Below are positions 26,359 through 36,999 of a stretch of DNA of 36,999 nucleotides, in pieces. Source of the stretch: Tubiluchus corallicola (Eukaryota; Animalia; Priapulida); assembly GCA_030141605.1 (NCBI GenBank), contig JAQGDQ010001197.1, positions 1 through 36,999 on the forward strand, in the 5' to 3' direction. The number at the start of each line of letters is the position of its first letter. Position 1 is the stretch's first letter. The notes below the pieces were generated by a model, which saw only the letters and a program-made list of their open reading frames with translations, made no database searches and was not told where the DNA came from. The position numbers were made by a program, and so were the translations under genes.

Positions 26359-28004
26359 AGATGAGACTTAATTCTTTAAACCGGCTGTTTACATTATTGT
26401 ATGCAGTTAGTTGCAGGTTTAAGACGGGTTAGTATGGCTTTGTCATGTAAAATACATTCAAGCTAGGTATCACTCACCTCATAGCCGTATCACGCGCCAC
26501 AAAACTCGCTCAGTTAATGGGTTTCAGTTTTAGGGAAACTTCCAAATTGACGAAATCCTAAAGCTATGGAATGCAAAAAATCCACTGTTAATTCAGGGGT
26601 GTCAATCAAGCAAGTCAAATTTCACAGTATCAGAAATGTAGATTCCAGACACCAACCAAACTTGACATCAATACGAATTTTGGAATTTTTCATGTATTAT
26701 CGATCACTGATCATGAATCGATTAGTATATTCCGTTTTTATATTTTTTCTTTTTCTTTTGTAATTATTGGAACTAATTTAGCCTATAACAGTGTTTTGTT
26801 ACTCAGGTAACGATTCGTTATTGGTTCTCGATCGATTACTGATTGTAAATTTACTATGTTCAAGCAATGGACTTAACGGAAGTGGTGTGACAAGCCACTG
26901 GCGTAGCAGTGTCTAGTTTTTTGCTGGATTACTGCTGCGTTTACCTGTCTGAAGGCAGAGTTCTTTTATTTTAAAATTCTGCCTGCCCAATGTCTACAAT
27001 AGACGTGACGGGCGTATGATGATGAATGGACATCTAGAGAACTTCTAGCGCTTTTAGCGGTTTTCAGAAATTTTCAATAATTATTATTGATAATTGATAG
27101 ATTAGTTGCATTTTTCAATGTGATTTTCGTACGAATCGTCGTCCGAAATAATCAGACTTAAATGAACTTTTCCCTCATAACAAATGCAGTGGAACATGTA
27201 CAGAAATTTTAATGTAAAATGCAAAAATAGATTTTGATAATTTACGAATGGATAATTTGTCAGCTTTCTGTTTGTTTGTCTGTCTGTCTGGCTAGCTGCC
27301 TGTCTACCTACTACTCCCTACCTACACCATTGTGCCCTTTTTCCTCTATTTCATAATTCCTTCCATATGTTGTACTTTTATATATCTTCGTGTATTGTGT
27401 GCAATTGTTTACAGGCATGCTTGATTTTGCACTTACACTTTTTGCACAAAATTTAGATTTCGGCTACACCACTTTTCCGAATAAATCAATCTAAATGGAT
27501 AATTTGTTATATGACAAAAACGAATTCACGAATCCAACATTGCAAAAATCTATGTCGTTGATTCCACCCACTAATGATCACTCTCTCGCGCACACTCCAC
27601 GTCATCTAATTACTTAATGCAACAGACCACGAATATTTTCCATTATCTACGGTAGCTGTGAGTAAAATTCGCATGATAATTTTTCAGGAATCCCGTCGTG
27701 CATAGTAACGTAGGATGAGACGATATTTTTATTAACGTACTGTTATATGATTCTTTTTAAATGTCATTGGGCAGGGCTCAGAAGCTTCGGAAAAGGTGCT
27801 TGTAAGCTACTTCACGTTAATTCAACTGTTTATTTAACGAATCAAAAGGCGCCTTTAGCAAAGTTAAAGAAGTTTTTGAAGAGCAGCTGACTATAGTAAA
27901 ATAGCCTAATTACCTAGAACTACTGCACCGCTCTATCTTTTTCTCCATCGTAATTGTTTGCAATCTTAATCACCAGGCTTTTATCATTGTAATTGCTGTC
28001 GTGA

Positions 28005-28445
28005 GCACCACCACCACCACCACCACAGCCACCATAACCACCACCACAATCACTACCGCTACCATCAACACCGCCACCACTGCCACCACCACAACCACCA
28101 CCACCAGCACCGCTACCACCACCATAACCATAACCATAACCACCACCACAACCACCATCACCACCAATACCACAACCACCACCACCATCAACAACAACAA
28201 CAACGTACGCCACCACCACCACCAACACAACCAAAAATACCAGCACCGCCATCACTACTGCGACCACCACCACCACAAACTCCACCACCACAACTACCAG
28301 CACCATCACCGCCATCACCACCACCACCACCACCACCACCAACACCACCACCATAACCACCACCACCACCACCACCAACACCACCACCACCACCACCACA
28401 GCCACCATAACCACCACCACTGCCACCACCGCAACCACCTCCACC
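28005..28445. repeat. Degenerate (CAC/ACC)n low-complexity tract
   Basis: Direct inspection; explains the poly-T/H/V/G ORFs. Confidence 0.92.
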
Positions 28446-29225
28446 TGTTGTGAACTTGAATAAGTCCACAAGTCTCTAGTAATATTAATGTCTTCAAACC
28501 AAATAATTGGCACTACTTTTTCCCAAGTTTTGACTGGTGGAAGAATACTTGTTTGAGTAAAACTTTTTTTCAGACCAGTTTTGAGTCAGGTGTGGCTTTA
28601 ACTCTAGGAAAAACGGTTGTGTTACTGATTCTATAAAAACATATGAAATTAAAATTTATAGAAATTTAATTTTGAGTTAAGGTGTTTTGTGATTTAGTTT
28701 TAAACTAGTATACTGAAATTCCGTGAAAAGAGAAATTCACGACACCACCACCACCATCTCCACCACCAACACCACCACCATAATCATTTTGGCTTATGAT
28801 TACAAGTACATTCGATAATAGTCTAAGGATCGTAACGTCATGCGTTTGAAAAAAGTAACGTTGATTTACATTTTGAAGGTGACGTCTACGTTTATTCGAG
28901 ATCTGAAGTTACTTTAACTTAATTTTTAATTCTGTACTCACCTGGTGGTAGTCAAGAAATTCGTTTTCTCCTGTTTTATAGGTGCACAGAAGTCTCAGAT
29001 TTATACTAGTCGTTAAAATATGAACCTTCTTGCAAACTCCTCAGTTTGCCCCTCAGTACGAGGAAAGCGCGTATTTTCAACTATGCAGGCGTCAAAACCA
29101 TCAACTACAATTACTGCAACACCATGGAAGCATGTTAACATTTAGCTAATGACAACTGTTAAGCCGGACGCTCTGATTGATGAAGCCACGCACGGCATGC
29201 AAGGAGTAGAAGTTCTACATATGAA

Positions 29226-29460
29226 GTGCGCATGCTTAGAACTGAAGTGTTACTGCGCATGCGCTGTACGGTTAATTCGGTATCACTGTAATAACTTTAT
29301 ATGTATAGTACTACTGAACAGATGGCAGCAGCAGCATTTCTAGTACGTAAGTAAATTTATTCTCCTCGCTCCCAGCCGAAAAGCAGTTAATTCGTTTTTG
29401 TTTTTTTAAGTTCCACTTCCGAAACCCAGTCCGGTTTTTACGTGTTTATGCGCATGCAGA
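29226..29460. promoter_or_regulatory. Cluster of three TGCGCATGC (NRF1/Ewg-like) motifs, possible promoter
   Basis: Motifs at ~29227, ~29254 and ~29449. A minus-strand consensus donor CAG|GTGAGT lies at 28942/28941. The motif also occurs in TEs, so support is weak. Confidence 0.3.
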
Positions 29461-29753
29461 ATTTAACCAACGTTAAAAGTATGTTTTAGTAATATTAAAT
29501 ATTGGGTGGAAAATTCCTAACACGTTTTTTAAGACATAGCGACCCCCAATGAACTTAAAAAATTACATCAAAAGAAGATGGCATCAGGTCCTGGACTAAA
29601 TATTCTCTCACTGAACGAGGGTTTTAGTTACAGAATCTAAAGTAAAACGCAAACAGCTCGTGCAACTACTGTGTTCATAGGAATGCACAAGGGCCATTTT
29701 GTGGTACCTCATTGTGCTCCAGTCCTAAACACCTCAACATCTTGTAAGACGGG

Positions 29754-31143
29754 TGNNNNNNNNNNNNNNNNNNNGCAGGCCTGACTAGATGTAAGGTAGT
29801 CACTGGAGATTCCTTGGTCGAGCAATAAGTTTACATAAAATTTTACTTTAAAGAGGGATCTGCCCACAAACTCCAGATAGTGGCTTCGCAGCAAGGGTAG
29901 TCTACGGGGGGCGCTACCACTTCAAGAGGGTGTTGGTTCTTGTGGGATTCTGTATTAGCACTTATCGGTTAATCGAATTAAATACAACAGGACAATGATG
30001 CAACAATAATAATTATAGTATACTGTTATCACTTTTAATGACAAAATATTAGGCACGAAAATCAAACCGACCAAATATGTCATTAAAGCACAATACATCA
30101 AAACAAAACATTGGCAAAAATATCAGAAACACGTTATTGGGCAAAATTGAAAGCAAAACTAAGTAATATCACCAAAAATAAACAGTGTTCATAACTAACA
30201 TATTATAATGTCTTGGTAATATTTCCATTGGATATAAGCTAAACTAACCGTAGCAAACGTTCGTCTAAGGGCTTAACTTAACTACCGGCCACCCCTGGGG
30301 AAATGCTAGCAAGTTAATGCATTGAAAGCAGCATTCAGGGTTGTGACGTCACATGTAAATTAGCAGCATCCATGAAACATTTCGTTGCTAAACTTCATAC
30401 ACAATCTCAATGTCTGGCGTGACTTCAACTCGTGTAGGATCACGTTCATATTGAACATTTTTCAATTGTGAAAACCATTAGTCCATCTGTACTCAGGACA
30501 CGCTGCATAGTAAGGCAAAGAATAAATCAACTTACAGATCGGGATCCCGTGAAATAGTCTGAAGCTCTAGACACCTCTTGCTGGCCTCAAATAAACAAGA
30601 GAACTGTCGTGTCCTTCTCGTCTATCGCTCAACCGGTAGTCCTCCAGCCACCAGTACTATCACCATAACATCTGGTACTTGGGAGTCCATTAACTGTAGC
30701 AACTTCCTCACCCATCAACATGACGGCAGCAATCAAAAGTAGTAAAATGGACAAACATTTTCGTTCGAAAGTTCAGCAAAACTGCAATTACGAAAAGTCT
30801 GACCTATGTAATGTTTTCAGGTCCAATACCAAAGCTCAACTCTTTTCTACCTTGTACACCTGTATCGTGACGAGTTTTCTGGGTCACCTCTCTCCGCATT
30901 CACAAGTTGATCAGACGGCTTCATATCGCGCACAAAATTGAATGCTACAAACCAACCCGCAGAACTTAAATTCCTAAATCTTGGGTTTAAAGGGCAACTG
31001 AACCATTTTTTTAATACTTGTTTTCAGGTTTAGTTGATAATATGACAATAGCTTGGTTGTCATATTAATTATTATTATTGATAACACCATCATTACATTA
31101 TTTCTCATCAGACTTTCTGGGGGAAAATAAACAGTATGTTACA
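29754..31143 (-). repeat. 3' LTR, ~1.39 kb
   Basis: Begins TGTAACA (minus strand) right after the PPT at 31143. 29775-30071 matches 36703-36999 with one mismatch. TG at 29754-29755, just before the N-gap, fits the expected terminus. Confidence 0.8.
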
Positions 31144-31160
31144 TTGGCCCATCCTCTTTT
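31144..31160 (-). other. Polypurine tract
   Basis: Minus strand AAAAGAGGATGGGCCAA directly before TGTAACA. Confidence 0.72.
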
Positions 31161-31454
31161 GAGCGCTGAAATACCGGGATTAAGTTTACTTAAGCAAGGG
31201 TTTCAGTGCTTAAAAATAAGACAAAAAGAAAATGGTTGATCACCACAAAAACAAATAAAATTTGAGATCTTTTTTTCATAAAACAAGGGGTATCTTCCCA
31301 CATGAATCATCATCAATCATCATCGTGAGCACAACATGTGTTCAACATAATTAACTGCTACACAACATTATTACAATAACAGCATCACATCTCTCACACA
31401 GTCATTGCATGACAGGTAAAGTATTTTATAACTGTAAAATTGTGGATGTGTAAA

Positions 31455-33113
31455 TTATGCACGAGATAACGCATCAGCTGGGACATTTTTCTTTCCAGGC
31501 AAGTGCTCCACATCGAAAGAGTACTCTTGCAAAGTTAAGGCCCAGCGCGCAATTCTGCGGTTCGAGTTTTTCATCTTGTGGAGAGCTGTCAATGGGGCAT
31601 GATCGCATCGTACCAGAAATTGACGTCCCTCCAAGTAATAGTTACATTTCTCTACTGCATGTACTATGCTCAGCAGTTCCAGCTCGACAGTAGAGTAATT
31701 CTTTTCTGGAGTGGTCAGCTTCCTGCTGACATAAGTAATAGGGACTTCCGTTCCAGGTTCTTTTTCCTGGCTTAATACAGCCCCCAGGCCTCGAATGGAC
31801 GCATCGGTCGTTAAGACAAAGGTCTTGTTGAAATCGGGACTATGGAGAACTGTTTCCGAAGTCAAGAAGTCTCTTAGCGTAATGAAACTTTCTTCACACT
31901 GAGCTGTCCATGTAACGATCTTGGGGCATGCCTTCAATGTAAGGTCGAAAAGTGGTTGGGCGATTTGACTGAAGTGCGGAATAAACCGCCTGTAAAAACC
32001 GACCAATCCCAAGAAACTTCGGACATCCGTTTTCGTTTCTGGTCTTGATAAATCCCTAATGGCTTGGATTTTCCCAGGCTGTGGTCGCAAACGACTACGG
32101 CCAACCACATAGCCAAGAAATTCAGCTTCCTTTCTGGCAAAGTGGCATTTCTTAGGCTTTACCGACAAGCAGGCCATTCTGATGCAATAAAGGACGGCAT
32201 CAATATGACGCAGATGGTCTTCCCAGGTACTAGACCATATGCACACATCGTCAATATACCCTCTTGCGTACTGAACTACGGCTTCGAGGACGATATCCAT
32301 CAGTTGCTGGCATGTCTGAGCTGAATTTTGAAGTCCGAATGGCATTACTGTGAATTGCCACTTCCCAAAGTCAGTTATAAATGCTGACACTGGTTTAGAT
32401 TCTTGTGCCAAAGGGACCTGCCAATAGGCTTTGGTCATGTCTAAGCTTGTAATCCATTCAGCCCCATGGAGTTCATCAATCATCTCATCGATTCTGGGGA
32501 CAGGATATTGCATAAAGACAGTCTTTTTATTGACAGCACGAAAATCTATACAAAACCTAATTGTACCATCCTGTTTTCGTAACAATAGTACTGGAGATGC
32601 ATATGGGGAGTCTGTTTTTTCTATGACATTCAGTTTTTCCATCTCCCTAATCTCTTCGCGTACCGTTTCTTTCTTGGCCTGCGGAATCCGGTATGCTTGC
32701 TGATAGACCGGTTCCTGATCCTTTAACAGAATTCGGTGCTCTATAACATCTGTCCTACCTGGGACGTCAGTGAACATTTCCGAATATTTTTCTAACACCA
32801 GGCGAAGCTCTGTTGTTTGCTCCTTGGTTAAGTAGTCAGGATATTCAACATCTTTCACTGACTGTGTTTGTTGTGCACATGGTGGGAATGCAAACTCTGG
32901 AAGGTAAGATAGTTGCATGGGTGACACTTCAGTGGCAAGATCTGGGCACTCCGAGTTAAGATCATCCACACCCGGAAAACACATATCTCCATTACTGCAT
33001 TTGGCATACAGGACTAGACTCTTAGACCTCGTATAATGTGGTTTAAGGAGATTTATGTGAAGAGTCTGGATACGTGCCTTTACACCAGGCTTCTTTATGG
33101 CTACCTTATAGGT
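31455..33113 (-). CDS. pol: Pol 3' part: end of integrase, reverse transcriptase and RNase H (continues ORF1 across a -1 frameshift)
   Basis: The frame opens at ~33116: TYKVAIKKPGVKARIQTLHINLLKPHY. RT motifs SPYASPVLL, RFCIDFRAVN, LDMTKAYWQ, MPFGLQNS, YIDD. RNase H motifs TDAS, YSTVELE, CDHAPL, NVPADALSR*. Confidence 0.93.
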   Translation of the reverse strand, partial: TYKVAIKKPGVKARIQTLHINLLKPHYTRSKSLVLYAKCSNGDMCFPGVDDLNSECPDLATEVSPMQLSYLPEFAFPPCAQQTQSVKDVEYPDYLTKEQTTELRLVLEKYSEMFTDVPGRTDVIEHRILLKDQEPVYQQAYRIPQAKKETVREEIREMEKLNVIEKTDSPYASPVLLLRKQDGTIRFCIDFRAVNKKTVFMQYPVPRIDEMIDELHGAEWITSLDMTKAYWQVPLAQESKPVSAFITDFGKWQFTVMPFGLQNSAQTCQQLMDIVLEAVVQYARGYIDDVCIWSSTWEDHLRHIDAVLYCIRMACLSVKPKKCHFARKEAEFLGYVVGRSRLRPQPGKIQAIRDLSRPETKTDVRSFLGLVGFYRRFIPHFSQIAQPLFDLTLKACPKIVTWTAQCEESFITLRDFLTSETVLHSPDFNKTFVLTTDASIRGLGAVLSQEKEPGTEVPITYVSRKLTTPEKNYSTVELELLSIVHAVEKCNYYLEGRQFLVRCDHAPLTALHKMKNSNRRIARWALTLQEYSFDVEHLPGKKNVPADALSRA

Positions 33114-36100
33114 ATGTCAGAGAGTTTATCTACTACTTCAAAGGGACCTTGCCAAATCCTCAAGAGTTTCTTTTTAGACTCTGGAAGCAAGACCAGGACT
33201 TCTTGTCCAATCTCAAATGATCTAGTAGAAGAAAAACGGTCATACCACTTCTTTTGTGCCAGCTTGGCATCTTGCAAAGATTGGTGTGCCTCTTCTGTGG
33301 TACGCTCTATTTCGTTGATGACCCGTTCAACGTAATCGTCCACTTGCTCAATAGGTGCTGGTTCTGTACAACCCCACTTGCGCCGCAGTGCAGCCATGGG
33401 TCCTCTCACCGGGAACCCGTATACTAACTCGAACGGACTGTACTTTAATGACTCCTGCGGAGTCTCACGGTATGCAAATAGGACGAATGACAAAAGTTCA
33501 TCCCAACACAAAGAACGTTCAGTCTGAGTTAACTTCCTAATTGAGCTCTTCAGTGTGGAATTAAATTTCTCTGTAACCCTTTGGGTCTGGGGATGGTAAG
33601 GCGTGGCAAAAATGCCCTGAATACCTAGAGCCTTTTCCAAGTCTGAAATAAGTGAGGATGTAAACTGGGTTCCTCTATCCGACAAAATTTCCCGTGGAAT
33701 GCCATGTCTGCATATGAATTCCAACAATGCCTTGGCAACACAAGATGCAGTTTCCGCCGGTAAGGGATAAGCATCAGGGTAACGTGTCGCCTGGTCTACT
33801 ATTACAAGGGCGAACTTGTTACCGGCCTTGGTACGTGGCAAAGGACCGATCAAATCTATACAAATTTGGGAAAAGGGCTCCTTAACAACAGGCAAAGGTT
33901 TCAACGGAGCGCGATCTGCTGTTCTGCACCTTGAAGCCTTTTGGCAACTAGAACAGGTCTTAACGTAGTTTTTAATAGCAGTCAGAACTTTAGGCCAGAA
34001 GTATTGGGACAAGACTCTGTCAATGGTTTTTCGCATGCCTTGGTGAGCAGCAGGAAGCCTATCATGTGCTAATTCAAGGACTTGCTGCCTTCTAGAGGAC
34101 GGCACTACAAGCAAATCAGTATCTGAACCACGTGCACTTTTACGTATGGTATGCAAAACACCTTGCTTCAAGAAGTATCCACCTCTTTGTTTTCGGCATT
34201 CTCCTTCACTCTGAACATGATCAAATAAATTTTGTATTGTTACATCTTCCTTCTGCTCTTGAATAAGCTGATCTCGTTGTACAATATCCAAAAGCTCTTG
34301 CTCCTGTTGCACAGCCTTAAGAGTTTTTGTAGGCAAAAGAGTATCTTCTTCAATGGCCTTGCAGGTTTCAGCTTCAGCTTGCTGTTGTAACGCTTCAGCT
34401 TTGGCTTCTGCTCGCGTCGTTACTGGCAAAACAACCGTATCATTCGTATCTTCAACTAAAGATGGTTGTTTTTCAATTAGTGGAGTCTTTATAAGCTTTT
34501 GTGATTGTTTGCTCATCTTAGCATTTGTTTTTCTTTTTGAGTAGGACTTAACATGCTTTGCATGTCTAGGAGAAGTCGACTCCACAGGCAAAAATGGCGC
34601 AATTTCGTTTTCGTAATCATTACCTAATAATAAAGCAACAGGGCTGCTCTGGACAACAGCTGCCGTGAGGAAACCGGTAGCGTATGGCGATTCCAGTTCG
34701 ACCACAGCTACAGAACATGGCTTTTCACAATTATGAATGCACGCTAAATCATACAAAGCACCTTCTATATACTGGTTTGGTTTTACAAAATCAGGATTGA
34801 CCACACTTCGAGATGCTCCAGTATCTCGCAAAGCTTTAATCAACTTCCCATTTAATTTTGCCTCAAAATAAGGACCACCTGAAACAAAGGCCGAACTGGC
34901 AGATGAATCTACAGCTAGGTCAGTATTTTCATTGGAGGCTAAAGCTAAATACTGTTTCTGCATGCCTTTAGGCTTTTCAAAAGTAACTGGTCTGGGTTTA
35001 TCTGTTCGTGGAGCAGATTTACGTGGACATGAAGCTGAAAAGTGTCCATGCTGCCCGCAGTGATAGCAGCGAACTTTCAATAACGAAGAAGGGCCCTGCC
35101 TGGGCATACTAGGACTGTTGGCAGGTTTTGGACTGGGCTTGTTATATGCAGGCTTTCCAAAATGAGTCCGCGGATTTTGCGCTGACAAATAAGCATCTGC
35201 TTTTTCAGCCGCTTCGTCTAATTTGTATATAGCATTTTTCTTTAGCCATAGGGAAACCTCCTGTGGTATTATGTCCATAAAGTGCTCATAAACGCTTAAA
35301 TCCAAAGCTTCTTGTTTTGTTTTAACATTCATTGCATCCGCCCAATCGTCCATTGCTTTGCGCAGGCGCACAACAGTTTGTACACATGTCTCATCTTTAC
35401 GCTTGCGCATGTCCCTGAATAAAAGATGATAACTTTCTGGTGTTATCATGTATGCTTTTAATATTTCTTGTTTTACTTTTGTGTACACCGTAATGTCTTG
35501 ATCATTAATTAATTGAAATGCGTGGCTTGCTTTGCCTGAAAGATGTGGTGCCAGTGTTCTACACCATTGTTCACGTGGCACATTGTTAACTTGGCAACAT
35601 TTTTCATAGTATGTTAACCACTCCAAAATTGTCTCACCCTCATTTTCTTTAAATGGGCGTACTTTAAGAGGTTTCAGTGTCATTGTGTTTGTTGCTGTGT
35701 TCACTGTAGAGTCATTGTTTATACGTGAAGAATTGATTTTTGCTAATTCTAATTTGCGTCTCTTCTCTTCTTCTGCACTCTTCCACTCTCTCTCTTTCCG
35801 TCTCTCTTCACGTTCTAAACCACGCTCTCGTATTTCCAACTCTTTTAACTCCCATTCTCTCTGTCTTTCTTTCTCTCTGTCCCTCAGTAACGCTTCTCTC
35901 TCACTTAACCGCATTTCCTCCAACTCAAGTATCAATTTCGCCTTTTCGGTGGAATCAATTCCCGTCATATCATAAGGGAAAGGGTTAGTAACCTTTGGTG
36001 CGCTTACACTGGGCCCTGGTGCGAGCGGTGCAGGCGACAATTGCGGGAGACTTGTATCAAGTGAAGGAGATACTAAGGTCATTGGCTGAGATACGGAGAA

Positions 36101-36340
36101 TTTAACTCCTTCCTCAACTAGAGAAATAGGTGTACAAATTGGTCTTTCTTTAGGCCTGACAGACCCGGGCACTGTTTGTTGTGTTATTTTCGTTTGAAAC
36201 TGCAAAATCGCTTCAATTATAAGCGCCTTTCTTCTAGGTACTGGAAAAATGCCTAAATCTAGTGCTATATCGCGCACTTCGTGCAACAACATCGAATTAA
36301 GCCGCTCCGAGTCATACACAACACTGGCTTCTGCCATCAT
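33101..36340 (-). CDS. gag-pol: Gag-protease-integrase polyprotein (1079 aa to the premature stop)
   Basis: Coiled-coil region, SCAN-like capsid, zinc knuckle CYHCGQHGHFSASC (35027-35068), protease LRDTGAS (~34820), integrase HHCC (HDRLPAAH...CSSC), DLIGP/SDRG/EKFN catalytic motifs and WQGPF. Confidence 0.95.
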   Translation of the reverse strand: MMAEASVVYDSERLNSMLLHEVRDIALDLGIFPVPRRKALIIEAILQFQTKITQQTVPGSVRPKERPICTPISLVEEGVKFSVSQPMTLVSPSLDTSLPQLSPAPLAPGPSVSAPKVTNPFPYDMTGIDSTEKAKLILELEEMRLSEREALLRDREKERQREWELKELEIRERGLEREERRKEREWKSAEEEKRRKLELAKINSSRINNDSTVNTATNTMTLKPLKVRPFKENEGETILEWLTYYEKCCQVNNVPREQWCRTLAPHLSGKASHAFQLINDQDITVYTKVKQEILKAYMITPESYHLLFRDMRKRKDETCVQTVVRLRKAMDDWADAMNVKTKQEALDLSVYEHFMDIIPQEVSLWLKKNAIYKLDEAAEKADAYLSAQNPRTHFGKPAYNKPSPKPANSPSMPRQGPSSLLKVRCYHCGQHGHFSASCPRKSAPRTDKPRPVTFEKPKGMQKQYLALASNENTDLAVDSSASSAFVSGGPYFEAKLNGKLIKALRDTGASRSVVNPDFVKPNQYIEGALYDLACIHNCEKPCSVAVVELESPYATGFLTAAVVQSSPVALLLGNDYENEIAPFLPVESTSPRHAKHVKSYSKRKTNAKMSKQSQKLIKTPLIEKQPSLVEDTNDTVVLPVTTRAEAKAEALQQQAEAETCKAIEEDTLLPTKTLKAVQQEQELLDIVQRDQLIQEQKEDVTIQNLFDHVQSEGECRKQRGGYFLKQGVLHTIRKSARGSDTDLLVVPSSRRQQVLELAHDRLPAAHQGMRKTIDRVLSQYFWPKVLTAIKNYVKTCSSCQKASRCRTADRAPLKPLPVVKEPFSQICIDLIGPLPRTKAGNKFALVIVDQATRYPDAYPLPAETASCVAKALLEFICRHGIPREILSDRGTQFTSSLISDLEKALGIQGIFATPYHPQTQRVTEKFNSTLKSSIRKLTQTERSLCWDELLSFVLFAYRETPQESLKYSPFELVYGFPVRGPMAALRRKWGCTEPAPIEQVDDYVERVINEIERTTEEAHQSLQDAKLAQKKWYDRFSSTRSFEIGQEVLVLLPESKKKLLRIWQGPFEVVDKLSDIPIR

Positions 36341-36661
36341 GACACACTTACACGAATTTCACAACGCACACACAGCAATGAAGGTCACAACTTTATTTAT
36401 ATGCGACTAGCGCAAAAATAATGCAGCTCAAAAGCAAGGTATAGTTACAAAATGGGTCAAGTGTGTAGCATAGCTCAACACTATGAAATGACAGGTAAAA
36501 ACAAGGTCAATCCGACAACAAGAAAAACTAGTAGCCTTTTTCCAGCTTTCACTCAGTTTACAACTCACGCTAAAATAATCACTGTAGCAACTACCAATTG
36601 CTTTGATTGCCAATTAATTACAAACAGATTACTATTCTATTCCGACAAGTATCCTAACAGG

Positions 36662-36679
36662 ATCCCACCGCTGCCACCA
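36662..36679 (-). other. Primer-binding site complementary to the tRNA-Leu 3' end
   Basis: Minus strand TGGTGGCAGCGGTGGGAT, 1 nt after the LTR end ...GTAACA. It complements ATCCCACCGCTGCCA-CCA of animal tRNA-Leu (AAG/TAG type). Confidence 0.9.
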
Positions 36680-36680
36680 T

Positions 36681-36999
36681 TGTTACGACTAGTGCAGATA
36701 GGGCAGGCCTGACTAGATGTAAGGTAGTCACTGGAGATTCCTTGGCCGAGCAATAAGTTTACATAAAATTTTACTTTAAAGAGGGATCTGCCCACAAACT
36801 CCAGATAGTGGCTTCGCAGCAAGGGTAGTCTACGGGGGGCGCTACCACTTCAAGAGGGTGTTGGTTCTTGTGGGATTCTGTATTAGCACTTATCGGTTAA
36901 TCGAATTAAATACAACAGGACAATGATGCAACAATAATAATTATAGTATACTGTTATCACTTTTAATGACAAAATATTAGGCACGAAAATCAAACCGAC
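36681..36999 (-). repeat. 5' LTR (partial)
   Basis: Plus strand starts TGTTACGAC next to the PBS; near-identical to 29775-30071. Confidence 0.93.

Larger units (their letters stand above)
29754..36999 (-). mobile_element. Gmr1-like Ty3/Gypsy LTR retrotransposon (5' LTR runs off the window)
   Basis: Paired LTRs, PBS, PPT and Gypsy-type RT/RNaseH, with integrase located between protease and RT. Confidence 0.95.

Noticed and set aside
27920-28513. Gly/Val/His/Thr-rich ORFs
   Set aside because: Low-complexity CAC tract.
28962-29350. Plus-strand acceptor TTTTCTCCTGTTTTATAG with a downstream GTAAGT donor
   Set aside because: No recognisable reading frame or partner exons; cannot be supported without RNA data.
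30720-31454. Extra or env-like ORF in the retrotransposon 3' region
   Set aside because: Only short ORFs, and most of the interval lies within the inferred LTR.

Overview
AT-rich animal genomic DNA, probably an invertebrate: the 5S-like sequence resembles lophotrochozoan 5S rRNA. The window is mostly intronic or intergenic and dense in repeats. Main contents: (1) a young Ty3/Gypsy LTR retrotransposon on the minus strand (29754 to beyond 36999) with the unusual Gmr1-like order Gag-PR-INT-RT-RNaseH, a SCAN-like capsid, a tRNA-Leu PBS, ~1.4-kb LTRs and one -1 frameshift; (2) a full-length 5S rRNA copy with no Pol III terminator, fused to an RTE-like body and (AAC)n tail, i.e. a candidate 5S-derived, RTE-mobilised SINE; (3) a foldback DNA element inserted in a LINE 3' remnant and itself carrying a SINE; (4) several MITEs, two tRNA-headed SINEs and further LINE remnants; (5) seven independent minisatellite arrays and many microsatellites, which account for most long ORFs in the track; (6) one credible host coding exon (21726-22102, minus strand) encoding a signal peptide and an LRRNT-like cysteine cluster. 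Family names come from remembered motifs; no searches were run.
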